From Acidobacteriota bacterium (GTDB taxonomy: Bacteria > Acidobacteriota > UBA6911): a stretch of 64,000 nucleotides of DNA. The first letter of the stretch is position 1. Every line of letters starts with the position of its first letter. A program made the translations under genes and the position numbers. The notes beneath the pieces are model-generated. The model ran no database searches. It was not told the DNA's origin and saw nothing but the letters and a program-made list of their open reading frames with translations. The stretch covers positions 128,001 to 192,000 of the forward strand of contig OY761556.1 of NCBI GenBank assembly GCA_963664705.1. The letters run 5' to 3'. This document shows, piece after piece, positions 10,287-19,373 of this stretch.

Positions 10287-11489
10287 TCAAAATCCGGGAA
10301 ATGGGGAGAGAGCTCGATCGAGAACTCCCAGCGAGTAGGTGATGGCGACGCCATAGTTTGTGATCGGGATGCCTGCTTCGCGGCAGCGCAAAATCCTGGA
10401 GATGACCTCGCGGCGGTTCAGCATGCATGAGCCGCAATGAATCACCAGATTGTAGCCTTCGAGATCCTGTGGGAAGTCATGTCCCTGCATGTGGACAAAG
10501 TCCAGATCCACTCCGGTATACTGGCGCACCCATCGCGGAATCTTTACCCTGCCGATATCCTCTCCTATGGGGTGATGGGCACAGGATTCCAGGACCAGGA
10601 CGCGATTCCCCGCTTTCAGTTTATCGATGGCTTTGACGCCTCGAACAAACTCCCTCAGGTCTCCTTTCAACCGGGCGAAGAGGATGGAAAACGAGGTCAG
10701 CGGGACTTCTGGCGGTATATCGCCTGCTACCCGCAGAAATGCCTGGGAATCTGTCACAACGAGGGCTGGCGGCCTTTTGAGCCGGTCCAAGGCATCGCGC
10801 AGTTCCCGTTCCTTTACAACAAGGCAATAGGCGTCGTTGTCCAGGCAATCCCGGATCGATTGGACTTGGGGCAGAATAAGCCGTCCGCGCGGGGCCTCCA
10901 GGTCGATAGGCACTACCAATACCACCAGTTCCCCGGGTGTGATAAGGTCGCCGAGGATCGATGGCGTGTCGACGAATTCCTCGGGCGCCGTGCGTATCAG
11001 GGCTTCGCGGAGATCCGGCATCCCGGCTCCGTTGCTGGCTGCAGTTTTTACGGTGCGCAGCTTTCTGGACTTGAGGTCCTGTAATACGCTGTCCGCAGGA
11101 CTGGCAAGGTCCAGCTTATTGAAGACCACAACCACGGGTGTTTTCCGGGATTCCAGTTCGGACAGGATCTTCTCCTCGAACTCTCCCCATCGATCCGCTT
11201 CCGCTACCAGGATCCCTAGATCGGTCCGTTCGAATACCTGCCGAGTACGTTCCGCCCGCATTTCCCCAAGGGCTCCGACGTCGTCGATCCCTGCCGTATC
11301 AATGAATAAAACCGGCCCCAGGGGCAACAGCTCCATCGGCTTTTCCACGGGATCGGTTGTTGTTCCGGGGACATCCGAAACAATGGAGACTTCCTGCCGC
11401 GTCAGTGCGTTCAGAAGCGATGATTTGCCTACATTGCGGCGTCCAAATAGTCCGATGTGAAGCCTCATTCCTTTTGGAGTGTCTTTCAT
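10287..11489 (-). CDS. hydF: [FeFe]-hydrogenase H-cluster maturation GTPase
   Basis: GRRNVGKSS, GTTTDPV, DTAG, NKLD, GRLILPQV, ESCAHH, HCGSC. Confidence 0.97.
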   Translation of the reverse strand: MKDTPKGMRLHIGLFGRRNVGKSSLLNALTRQEVSIVSDVPGTTTDPVEKPMELLPLGPVLFIDTAGIDDVGALGEMRAERTRQVFERTDLGILVAEADRWGEFEEKILSELESRKTPVVVVFNKLDLASPADSVLQDLKSRKLRTVKTAASNGAGMPDLREALIRTAPEEFVDTPSILGDLITPGELVVLVVPIDLEAPRGRLILPQVQSIRDCLDNDAYCLVVKERELRDALDRLKRPPALVVTDSQAFLRVAGDIPPEVPLTSFSILFARLKGDLREFVRGVKAIDKLKAGNRVLVLESCAHHPIGEDIGRVKIPRWVRQYTGVDLDFVHMQGHDFPQDLEGYNLVIHCGSCMLNRREVISRILRCREAGIPITNYGVAITYSLGVLDRALSPFPGF

Positions 11490-12898
11490 TCTTTGTCCTC
11501 AGGGGTGGGTGAGCCCAGACGGGAGACGCTCTCGGGAGAGATCAGTCGCTCGAACTCTTCGACCGACAGGAATCCTCGTTCAATGGCAATATCCCGAATT
11601 CTTTTCCCCTCTGACTGAGCGATGGAGCCGATCTCCTGGGCCTTTTCATACCCAAGAACCTCCACCAGTGCTGTAAGAAGTGCCGTGGCCCCTTCCACAT
11701 GAGCCCGGCAACGTGTTTCATCCGCTTCAATGCCTGCAACGCAGTATTCGCGGAAGATACGGCAGGCGTGACGAAGAAGGTCCAGGCTGGAAAGCAGGGT
11801 GTCGGCAATCAGAGGCATGAAAGCGTTCAGCTCCAGGTTGCCCATGGCGCAGGCTTGCGTGAGCGCCTGATCATTCGCCATTACGAGCATAGATGCCTGG
11901 GAAACCGCTTCCGGGATGACCGGGTTTATTTTGCCGGGCATAATCGAGGAGCCCGCCTGGCGCTGTGGCAGCTTGATTTCGCCGAATCCCGCGTCCGGCC
12001 CGGAAGACGTCAGCCGAAGATCCGTAGCGGTCTTCAGCAGATTGGCTGCGCAGGCTTTCAAAATTCCACTGACTTCAACAAACACATCGGCATTTTGGGT
12101 GCATTCGACCAGGTTCTCGGCGCGCGCCAGCCCCAGGTGGGTTATTTCGCGCAGCCGGTCGACTACCTTGAAAATATACTGGCGCGGTGCCGAGAGGCCC
12201 GTCCCGATCGCCGTTCCGCCAAGATTCACGATGCGCAGGCGTTCCTCACATTTGTAAATGCGCCAGCGGTCCCGGGCAAACGCCTCCGAGTAAGCTCCCA
12301 TTTCGCGGCCCAGCGTTACGAGTACCGCATCCTGTAATTGTGTTCTCCCTACTTTGACGATTCTGGCGAATTGATGCTCCTTGCGCTGAAACTCCTCGAG
12401 CAGTTTGATCACCTCGGGCTGAAGCATTCGCAGAGACTGGATGGCTGCGACTTTCAGCGCGGTGGGGTAGGTATCGTTTGTAGACTGGTGGAGGTTGATG
12501 TCGTCAATCGGGTGAATGGTTCCATAATCGCCCAGGGGATTCCCCATAATTTGCAGCGCCCGATTGGCGAGAACCTCGTTGACGTTCATGTTTGTCGAAG
12601 TCCCGGCTCCCCCCTGGAGTGCATCCACGAAGATGTGGGAGTCCAGTTGCCCTTCCATCATTTCCTCGCAGGCCGCCGCGATGACACGGGCTTTCGTGGC
12701 GCTCCACCATCCCAACCCATGATTCGTTTGGGCGCAGGCGAGTTTGACCGCTCCGAAGGCGTGAATAAGGGCAGGGTTTACAGGGCGGAGCGCGAGAGGG
12801 AAATTTTCCAGAGCTCTGACAGTATGGATGCCATAAAGGGCGTCGGCCGGAACTTCGCGGGCTCCAAGTAAATCATGTTCGGTTCGGTACGCGGTCAT
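11486..12898 (-). CDS. aspA: Aspartate ammonia-lyase
   Basis: QGGAGTSTNMN, QSTNDTYPT, GRTQLQDA, GSSIMPGKINPVIPE; stop overlaps the hydF start. Confidence 0.93.
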   Translation of the reverse strand: MTAYRTEHDLLGAREVPADALYGIHTVRALENFPLALRPVNPALIHAFGAVKLACAQTNHGLGWWSATKARVIAAACEEMMEGQLDSHIFVDALQGGAGTSTNMNVNEVLANRALQIMGNPLGDYGTIHPIDDINLHQSTNDTYPTALKVAAIQSLRMLQPEVIKLLEEFQRKEHQFARIVKVGRTQLQDAVLVTLGREMGAYSEAFARDRWRIYKCEERLRIVNLGGTAIGTGLSAPRQYIFKVVDRLREITHLGLARAENLVECTQNADVFVEVSGILKACAANLLKTATDLRLTSSGPDAGFGEIKLPQRQAGSSIMPGKINPVIPEAVSQASMLVMANDQALTQACAMGNLELNAFMPLIADTLLSSLDLLRHACRIFREYCVAGIEADETRCRAHVEGATALLTALVEVLGYEKAQEIGSIAQSEGKRIRDIAIERGFLSVEEFERLISPESVSRLGSPTPEDKE

Positions 12899-12939
12899 AA
12901 GTTCAGCTTTATCGGAACGGGAAGTACAGCCGTCCCGGC

Positions 12940-13236
12940 TAATGCTACATACTATTTGCCCTAAGCCCTTCAACTCGAGTGAAGCAAAAGGCCCGGAGGG
13001 CCGAAAGAGCGTAGCCGGGGGTGAAGCGAAGCGAACCCCCGGTCAAGAGAGCAGGCATGGGAGCCCTGAAAGGGCGAAAGATCGGCATTCTGCCGCCCTT
13101 TCAGGGCTTGGTACCTGGTCTAATCCAATCCGGGGGTTCGCAAAAAGCGCTCACCCCCGGCTACGTTCTGGCCGCCCCTTCGGGGCTGAGGGGCATCGCG
13201 CTTCCGGCTTCCTTGGGCAAATAATATGCGGCATTA
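12940..13236. mobile_element. 297-bp IS4-type MITE with internal palindromic REP-like repeats and an 11-bp target duplication
   Basis: TIRs taatgctacatactatttgccc / gggcaaataatatgcggcatta; GCCGTCCCGGC duplicated at 12929-12939 and 13237-13247; no transposase. Confidence 0.85.
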
Positions 13237-13308
13237 GCCGTCCCGGCGGCATCAGTATTGTCGAAGCGGCTACGCCTTGGCCGGCGAGACGCAGCATCTT
13301 CCAATTTC

Positions 13309-14523
13309 TCACTGTACCGCGGCCGGTTCCACAGGCGCGGCCGGGGCTGTGCGGCTTTCGTCCTGGGATTTTGACTCAGCAGCCTTCGGCTCGGCATTGC
13401 GGCGCATGGTGACCACAAAGGCGCTGCCCACATCGGGCTGGCTTTTGGCGGTAATATCTCCTTCGTAGAGGGTCACGATTTTCTTGAGTGTGGACAATCC
13501 CAACCCGCTTCCCAGGATGCCTCGCGTTTTTTCGTTTTTGATCCTCGAGAAATCGGAGAACAGGCGTTTGCATTCTTCCGGGGACATCCCAATGCCGGTA
13601 TCCTCAACCTGGATCTTGATGTCATCCCCCAAAGATTGCAGGGTAACGGTGATGCGTCCGTTATCACGGTTGTATTTGATCGCGTTGGAGACAAGATTGT
13701 TATAAATCATGTCGATTTCGGTGCGATCCGCTTTCATTACCAGTTCGCCCGGAAGTTTCAACTCGATCTCGATATTGCGGCGCTGAGCTTCGGGCCTCAT
13801 ATTTTCGACTGCCGTGCGCGCGGCTTCCGCCAGATCCACATCGGTGACGTTCCTTTGACGCTGGCCTGATTCGATGGCGGTCAAATCCAGCAGATCCGAA
13901 ATGAGTTTGCGCATTCCTTCGATTCGAAGGAGGCTGCGGTCCACCATCCGGTCGTAGGCAGGCAGACTATCGCCCAGCGACCGTTCCCGGATCATCTGGA
14001 GATAGCCTTCAATGGCTGCAATGGGCGCTTTCATTTCATGCGCCAGAACCGAAATGAACTGGAAACGGACCTGGCGTTTTTCCTCCGCCAGCCGGCGCGC
14101 CTGCCGCTGCAGGATGAGGTGCCTGGCTGCTTTTCGAACGGCTCCCCGGAGTTCCTCCGGGGTGAACGGCTTTGCCAGAAAATCATAGGCGCCGCGCCGT
14201 GTAGCGGTTACGGCAGTGTCCAGGGATGCGTAGGCGGTGATCATGATAGTCAGCAGATCCAGCCCGCGCTTGCCTATCCCTTCCAGGAGATCCAGCCCTG
14301 CGGCATCCGGAAGTTTATGATCCAGGAGCAGAATGTCGGTTTTCCCTTCATTGAGGATTTCCTCGAGCTCCTTGCCGGTGGCTGCGGTACGGATTTCAAA
14401 CCGGACTTCGCCTCCGATATCCGGCAGGTGCAGCACCATATCCCGCAACGCACGATCGGCGCCGCGCCGCATTCCGTATTCATCATCCACAACCAGGATG
14501 TGCAGGGTTTCCACGTGAGCCAT
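13309..14523 (-). CDS. Hybrid sensor histidine kinase (REC-HisKA-HATPase)
   Basis: LVVDDE, LLDHKLP, KPF; AHEMKAP H-box; NLVSNAIKY, DTGIG, GSGLGL. Confidence 0.93.
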   Translation of the reverse strand: MAHVETLHILVVDDEYGMRRGADRALRDMVLHLPDIGGEVRFEIRTAATGKELEEILNEGKTDILLLDHKLPDAAGLDLLEGIGKRGLDLLTIMITAYASLDTAVTATRRGAYDFLAKPFTPEELRGAVRKAARHLILQRQARRLAEEKRQVRFQFISVLAHEMKAPIAAIEGYLQMIRERSLGDSLPAYDRMVDRSLLRIEGMRKLISDLLDLTAIESGQRQRNVTDVDLAEAARTAVENMRPEAQRRNIEIELKLPGELVMKADRTEIDMIYNNLVSNAIKYNRDNGRITVTLQSLGDDIKIQVEDTGIGMSPEECKRLFSDFSRIKNEKTRGILGSGLGLSTLKKIVTLYEGDITAKSQPDVGSAFVVTMRRNAEPKAAESKSQDESRTAPAAPVEPAAVQ

Positions 14524-14529
14524 CCGTTG

Positions 14530-14913
14530 CTACTTCGTTTCTTTCAGCAATTTGTCGACTTCGTCCGCGAGTACGCGCGGGTTGACCGGTTTTTCAATGA
14601 ACCGGCTTATCGGGAGCCATGTTTCATCCGGCTCGAAACTGTACCCGAGCTGCATTTCTTTGCGAATGCCGGTCAGCATAATCATCGGCATGGCGGAATA
14701 CATTTCGTGGAGGGCTCGGGCAAGGTCAAAACCCGCGGTCTTGTCTTCCATCATCACATCCAGCACCGCGAGGTCCGGCGTTTTGGCCTGGGCAGTTTGG
14801 CGAGCTTCAGCCGCAGAATAGGCCACCGCAACGTCATGGCCGCGCTGAGTCAGAACGGTTTTGTTCATCTCCACTAGATCCTGATCGTCATCAACCAAAA
14901 GAATGTATGCCAT
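14530..14913 (-). CDS. Single-domain response regulator (REC)
   Basis: ILLVDDD, LAVLDVMME, MLTG, EKPV. Confidence 0.9.
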   Translation of the reverse strand: MAYILLVDDDQDLVEMNKTVLTQRGHDVAVAYSAAEARQTAQAKTPDLAVLDVMMEDKTAGFDLARALHEMYSAMPMIMLTGIRKEMQLGYSFEPDETWLPISRFIEKPVNPRVLADEVDKLLKETK

Positions 14914-14938
14914 AACGCTCTCCTCGTATTTTGCGGTT

Positions 14939-16933
14939 TTACTCATCCAGCGCCTTGCGCGGGAGTTTTACAGTAAAGGTCGTACCTGTCGGGCCAACAG
15001 ACGGATCGTTATTGGATACGATGCTGAGGTCTCCCCGATGCATCTTTACAATGCCGTAGGTTACCGCCAGCCCAAGCCCGGTTCCCTTTCCAATCTGTTT
15101 CGTCGTGAAGAACGGTTCGCAGACCTTGCCGAGGTTCTCTTTGGAGATTCCAATGCCCGTATCCTTAACGGCGAACCAGATATGCGTCTCGTTCGACCCG
15201 ATGTGAATATTGATATTGCCTCCCTCGGGCATCGCATCGCAAGCATTACTGAATAAATTTGTGATGACTTGGTTGATTTGGTCCGGATCCAGGTCGACAA
15301 CCAGGTCCTCTGCTACCGGATCCACTTCCGCCGTCACGTTGGCAGGGAATGGATAGGATTTGACCGCATGCTGCAACAGAGCGCACAGGTCTACATTACG
15401 GAATACGGCCTTATTCTGTCGCGCAAAATGCAGAAGCCGCAGCACGATTTTCTTGCAGCGGTCGGCCTGCTCGACGATCATGTTGAGATCTTCGCGCCAT
15501 TCCGGGAACTGCTCTGCCTGTTCAAGGAGCATATGGGAATGCATCAGAACAATTCCGAGCGGGTTATTCACTTCGTGTGCCACGCCGGCCGCCAGCTGAC
15601 CCATGCTGGCCAGCCTTTCCGAATGCATCAAGGCTTCCTGCGTGTTGACGAGCTCCTGGTGGGAAACGGCCAGTTCTTTGACCGTGGTGCGCAGCTTGTC
15701 GATGGTATAGGGCAGGCACATTTCCGTTTCGGCCAGGTGGCGGTGAATGGCGATGGCATGCTGGACGCAGGAGTCATAGCCACAGGCGCCGCAATTCAGC
15801 TCATCTTCCGGTTTTTCCTTGCCCATCCGTGCCAGAATAGAGGTGACTTCTTCCCGGGATGGCTGGGAAACGCGCTGGTCATAGGTCCGGAAACCCCGGG
15901 AGAGGTCTGTATCGGCAAATTTTATTATGTCCTGTTCCCATTGTTCTTTGTGGGCTGCCCAATGCTTTTGCACAAACTGACGGACCATGCTGCGCCGTCG
16001 GAACAGAGCCGTGTTGGTCGTCATTCCCGCGCCCATGATGCACCCGTTGCAACACAGGACTTCCAGCAGCCGAACATTGAGGCTGTTGGAATCGACCGCC
16101 TGAATGGCGTCCGCAAAATTGGTGCGTCCGTCGGTGGCAAGCACCTGCCCGTCCATGAGATCTTCGCTGATGTGCGCGGCCTGCAGAAGCCCGCGGCTGA
16201 TTGGGAATAGTCCGCCGGGACCGCTCCAGGGCGGATCGAACTCACTGGGCTCCACCGATTCCGGTTTGATCCCGGAGTCTGAAAGCATCTGGCGAAGCTC
16301 GGAGAAGGTCAGGACGGCAGCGACTTCTCCTTCCAGGGCTTCACTCGCAGCCTCTCCTTTTTTGGCAATGCAGGGGCCGACAAATACAAACTTCAGGTCA
16401 GGGCCATGAATTCTTCGCAGAACACGCGCTGCCGCAACCATTGGGGAAACAATCGGGGCGAGACGGGGAACCAGGTCGGGATAGTATCGTTCTACATACC
16501 CGACCAGAGCCGGGCAAGTGGTGGCGATGAACTTGCCATCGGGATTTTCGTCCAGAAGTTCCCGGTATCTGCGGGCCACCAGATCGGCGGCGAACCCTAC
16601 TTCGTGGACATACTGAAAGCCCAGGGCTCGCACCATGCCGATGACTTTTTCGTATTCGACTTCCTCGAATTCTGCGGGGAAACTGGGCGCGATCAGGGCC
16701 GCGACCCGGCTGTCTCCTTCGAGCAGCCGGGCTACTTCCTGCGTTCCGTCCAGTACCTTTTTGGCACCCTGGCTGCAAACACGCGCACAGTTGCCACAGC
16801 CGATGCAGCGTTCGGGAATAACATGAGCCTGGCCATCGGAAATTCCTATGGCTTTGGCTGGGCATTCCCGGACACATGTGTAACAGACCCTACATCGTTC
16901 ATTAATCGTCTGTACAAAACATGCAACTTGCAT
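14939..16933 (-). CDS. Sensory (group C-type) [FeFe]-hydrogenase domain fused to a histidine kinase
   Basis: Two N-terminal 4Fe-4S motifs; H-domain motifs IAPS, TTCPA, GPCIAKKGE, EVLCCNGCIMGAG; FeS domain CGACGYDSC...C; HEVNNPL H-box; GKGTGLGL. Confidence 0.9.
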   Translation of the reverse strand: MQVACFVQTINERCRVCYTCVRECPAKAIGISDGQAHVIPERCIGCGNCARVCSQGAKKVLDGTQEVARLLEGDSRVAALIAPSFPAEFEEVEYEKVIGMVRALGFQYVHEVGFAADLVARRYRELLDENPDGKFIATTCPALVGYVERYYPDLVPRLAPIVSPMVAAARVLRRIHGPDLKFVFVGPCIAKKGEAASEALEGEVAAVLTFSELRQMLSDSGIKPESVEPSEFDPPWSGPGGLFPISRGLLQAAHISEDLMDGQVLATDGRTNFADAIQAVDSNSLNVRLLEVLCCNGCIMGAGMTTNTALFRRRSMVRQFVQKHWAAHKEQWEQDIIKFADTDLSRGFRTYDQRVSQPSREEVTSILARMGKEKPEDELNCGACGYDSCVQHAIAIHRHLAETEMCLPYTIDKLRTTVKELAVSHQELVNTQEALMHSERLASMGQLAAGVAHEVNNPLGIVLMHSHMLLEQAEQFPEWREDLNMIVEQADRCKKIVLRLLHFARQNKAVFRNVDLCALLQHAVKSYPFPANVTAEVDPVAEDLVVDLDPDQINQVITNLFSNACDAMPEGGNINIHIGSNETHIWFAVKDTGIGISKENLGKVCEPFFTTKQIGKGTGLGLAVTYGIVKMHRGDLSIVSNNDPSVGPTGTTFTVKLPRKALDE

Positions 16934-16960
16934 TCTGGCCTTTCCGGACTTATTCCGGAG

Positions 16961-17374
16961 TTACCCGTGGTGTTGGGAGGTCTCTCCGGATTCACCCAGC
17001 AGTCGCCGGACCTCGGCTTTCAACTGTTCCGGGCGAACTGGCTTATCCATCAACTTATCCACTTTGATCCAGGATTTGGCTTCTGCCTGTTGTGCTGCAA
17101 ACGACAGACCCGTTGCGCCGGCAACCGCCGTCAGCAGAATTACCGGCAATTCCGGGAACAGCTTCTTGAGCTGATAGCTGAGCACAAAACCGGAATCTTT
17201 CTCTTCCATCATCAAATCGAGAACCGCCAGGTCTGGTTTGGTTTTAAGAATCACTTCTTCCGCCATCGCGCGGCTCTCAGCGCTGATTACATCGTATCCT
17301 GCCGCTGCAAGAATCGCTGTTATCTGTTCGAGGATATCCACATCGTCATCAACTACCAGAATTTTCTTTTTCAC
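16961..17374 (-). CDS. Single-domain response regulator (REC), paralog of 14530-14913
   Basis: ILVVDDD, LAVLDLMME, DKPV; GTG start after GGAG. Confidence 0.88.
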   Translation of the reverse strand: MKKKILVVDDDVDILEQITAILAAAGYDVISAESRAMAEEVILKTKPDLAVLDLMMEEKDSGFVLSYQLKKLFPELPVILLTAVAGATGLSFAAQQAEAKSWIKVDKLMDKPVRPEQLKAEVRRLLGESGETSQHHG

Positions 17375-17634
17375 TTCGTAAGCTCCCTTACTCAAATCAT
17401 AACGAGCGACCGGCAACTGTCAGGACCCAGCCTTTGACGGGCTCCTTCCCACCGGGTTCGATGGGAAACACGCATTGTACAGCCCAAACGGGCTGTTTGC
17501 ATGTGGTTCCTTGCCGGCCGGTCGAACCGGGAATCCACCCCGGGCCAGGTTCGCGCCTCACCGGCAGGCGTGAAGCCGGTAAGGCCAGGCAATAGTGGCC
17601 CAGGGATGGATTCCTGCCCATTCCACAACAATCG

Positions 17635-19359
17635 CTATAAAACGTCTCTGCGATCGTAATGGGTATGCAGCAGGTTATGGCTTTTTTCGCCGAGCGGTTT
17701 TCCGAGAAATTCTTCATACAACCGCGCGACCCACGTGTTTTTATGGCTGACTCGCAGCTTATCGTTCTGGTCGATCTTGTACAGAGCCTGCATACGGGCT
17801 CGTGCTGCGTTGATGTTGGCGCCGATGGGCTGTCCGCCTCCGTTGATGCAGCCTCCGGGGCAGGTCATCACTTCGATGAAATGAAGATCTTTGCGCCCTG
17901 CCACGATCTCATCCATCAGCTTTCTGGCATTGCCCAGACCGCTTATAACCGCGGCTCCAACATCCAAGTCGCCGATTTTGGCCCGGATTTCCTTGGACCC
18001 CTTCATGCCCCGCAGCGGAACCATCTCTGGCTTGGGCAGTTCCTGTCCGGTCAGAAGGAAATACGCCGTACGGACAGCGGCTTCCATGACGCCACCGCTG
18101 GCGCCGAAGATCTTTCCGGCCGAGGATCTCTCCCCGAATGGCGTATCCGCCGCTTCCGGGGACATCGCGAGGAGGTCGACGCCGAAGGTTCTCAGCAGTT
18201 GTGCCAGTTCGCGCGTGGTTAACACATAGTCTACATCCGGGACATGACCGGGTGCCATCTCCGGCCGGCCGCATTCAAACTTTTTGGCCGTGCAGGGCAT
18301 GATCGAAACGCTGACGATTTTGCTGGGATCAATCTTCTCGCGTTCCGCGAAGTAGCTCTTGATGATTGCGCCCATCATCTGCTGCGGGCTCTTGCAAGTC
18401 GACAGGTTCGGGATCAGCTCAGGGTAGAACTGCTCGATGAACTTGATCCATCCCGGGGAACAGCTCGTAAACATCGGAAGCGTTCCGCCCGTTTGAATCC
18501 GGTGCGCCAGTTCGGATGCCTCTTCCATAATGGTCAAATCGGCGGTGAACGATGTGTCGAAAACACGATCGAATCCGATGCGCCGAAGTGCCGCCACCAT
18601 CTTTCCATCGGCATCCTGCTGTCCCGGCTCGGCTCCAAACTCCTCCGCCAGAGTCACCGAGACCGCGGGAGCATGCTGCACGACGACCAGTTTTTCCGGA
18701 TCCGCCAGCGCAGCCTTCACCTCTTCCAGGAAGGAGTGTTCGGTCAGAGCGCCGGTCGGGCAGCCGATGATGCACTGGCCGCAGTTGATACAGGTCGATA
18801 CGTTCAACCCCTGGTCGAAGGCAGTGCCGATATAGGCTTTGCTTCCGCGATTCACGAAATCGATGGAGCCGATTCCCTGAACTTCTTCGCAGATTCGAAC
18901 GCAGCGGCCGCAAAGGATGCACTTGTCCGGATCGCGGACAATGGCTCCGGCGACGTCCTTTTCACGGAAAGGACGTGCGCTGCGGCTGATGCGCTGGCGG
19001 ATTCCCATCGACTGGGACAGGTTCTGCAGATCGCATTTGCCGCTTCGCGCGCAATACAGGCAGTCATCCGGGTGGTTGCTCAACAGCAGCTCAACGATCG
19101 AGCGGCGCGCTTCCAGCACCTTTGCCGACCGTGTCTGGATTTTCATGCCCGGAGCTACGGGATACGAACACGCGGTAACGAAATTTCCAGCGCCTTCCAT
19201 TTCGACGATGCACATTCTGCAGGCACCGCTTGGGGGCAACCCTTCCAGGTGGCACAGGGTTGGAACATGAATTCCTTCCCGTTTCAAAGCCGAGAGGATC
19301 GTTTCCCCTTCTTTGGCCTCAATGGTCCGGCCATCCACTATCATTTCAATCATATTCAC
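17635..19359 (-). CDS. hydA: Group A [FeFe]-hydrogenase catalytic subunit (HydA/HndD-like)
   Basis: 2Fe-2S domain, His-ligated 4Fe-4S, two further 4Fe-4S; H-cluster motifs TSCSPGW, MPCTAKKFE, EVMTCPGGCINGGGQP; C-terminal LLHTHY. Confidence 0.95.
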   Translation of the reverse strand: MNMIEMIVDGRTIEAKEGETILSALKREGIHVPTLCHLEGLPPSGACRMCIVEMEGAGNFVTACSYPVAPGMKIQTRSAKVLEARRSIVELLLSNHPDDCLYCARSGKCDLQNLSQSMGIRQRISRSARPFREKDVAGAIVRDPDKCILCGRCVRICEEVQGIGSIDFVNRGSKAYIGTAFDQGLNVSTCINCGQCIIGCPTGALTEHSFLEEVKAALADPEKLVVVQHAPAVSVTLAEEFGAEPGQQDADGKMVAALRRIGFDRVFDTSFTADLTIMEEASELAHRIQTGGTLPMFTSCSPGWIKFIEQFYPELIPNLSTCKSPQQMMGAIIKSYFAEREKIDPSKIVSVSIMPCTAKKFECGRPEMAPGHVPDVDYVLTTRELAQLLRTFGVDLLAMSPEAADTPFGERSSAGKIFGASGGVMEAAVRTAYFLLTGQELPKPEMVPLRGMKGSKEIRAKIGDLDVGAAVISGLGNARKLMDEIVAGRKDLHFIEVMTCPGGCINGGGQPIGANINAARARMQALYKIDQNDKLRVSHKNTWVARLYEEFLGKPLGEKSHNLLHTHYDRRDVL

Positions 19360-19373
19360 CTCAGTCCATCTGT

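Noticed and set aside
12940-13291. CRISPR array
   Set aside because: The repeats are inverted and dispersed, not regularly spaced direct repeats with unique spacers, and there are no cas genes.
17397-17631. Small ORF between hydA and the REC gene
   Set aside because: No recognisable motif or clear RBS; treated as intergenic.
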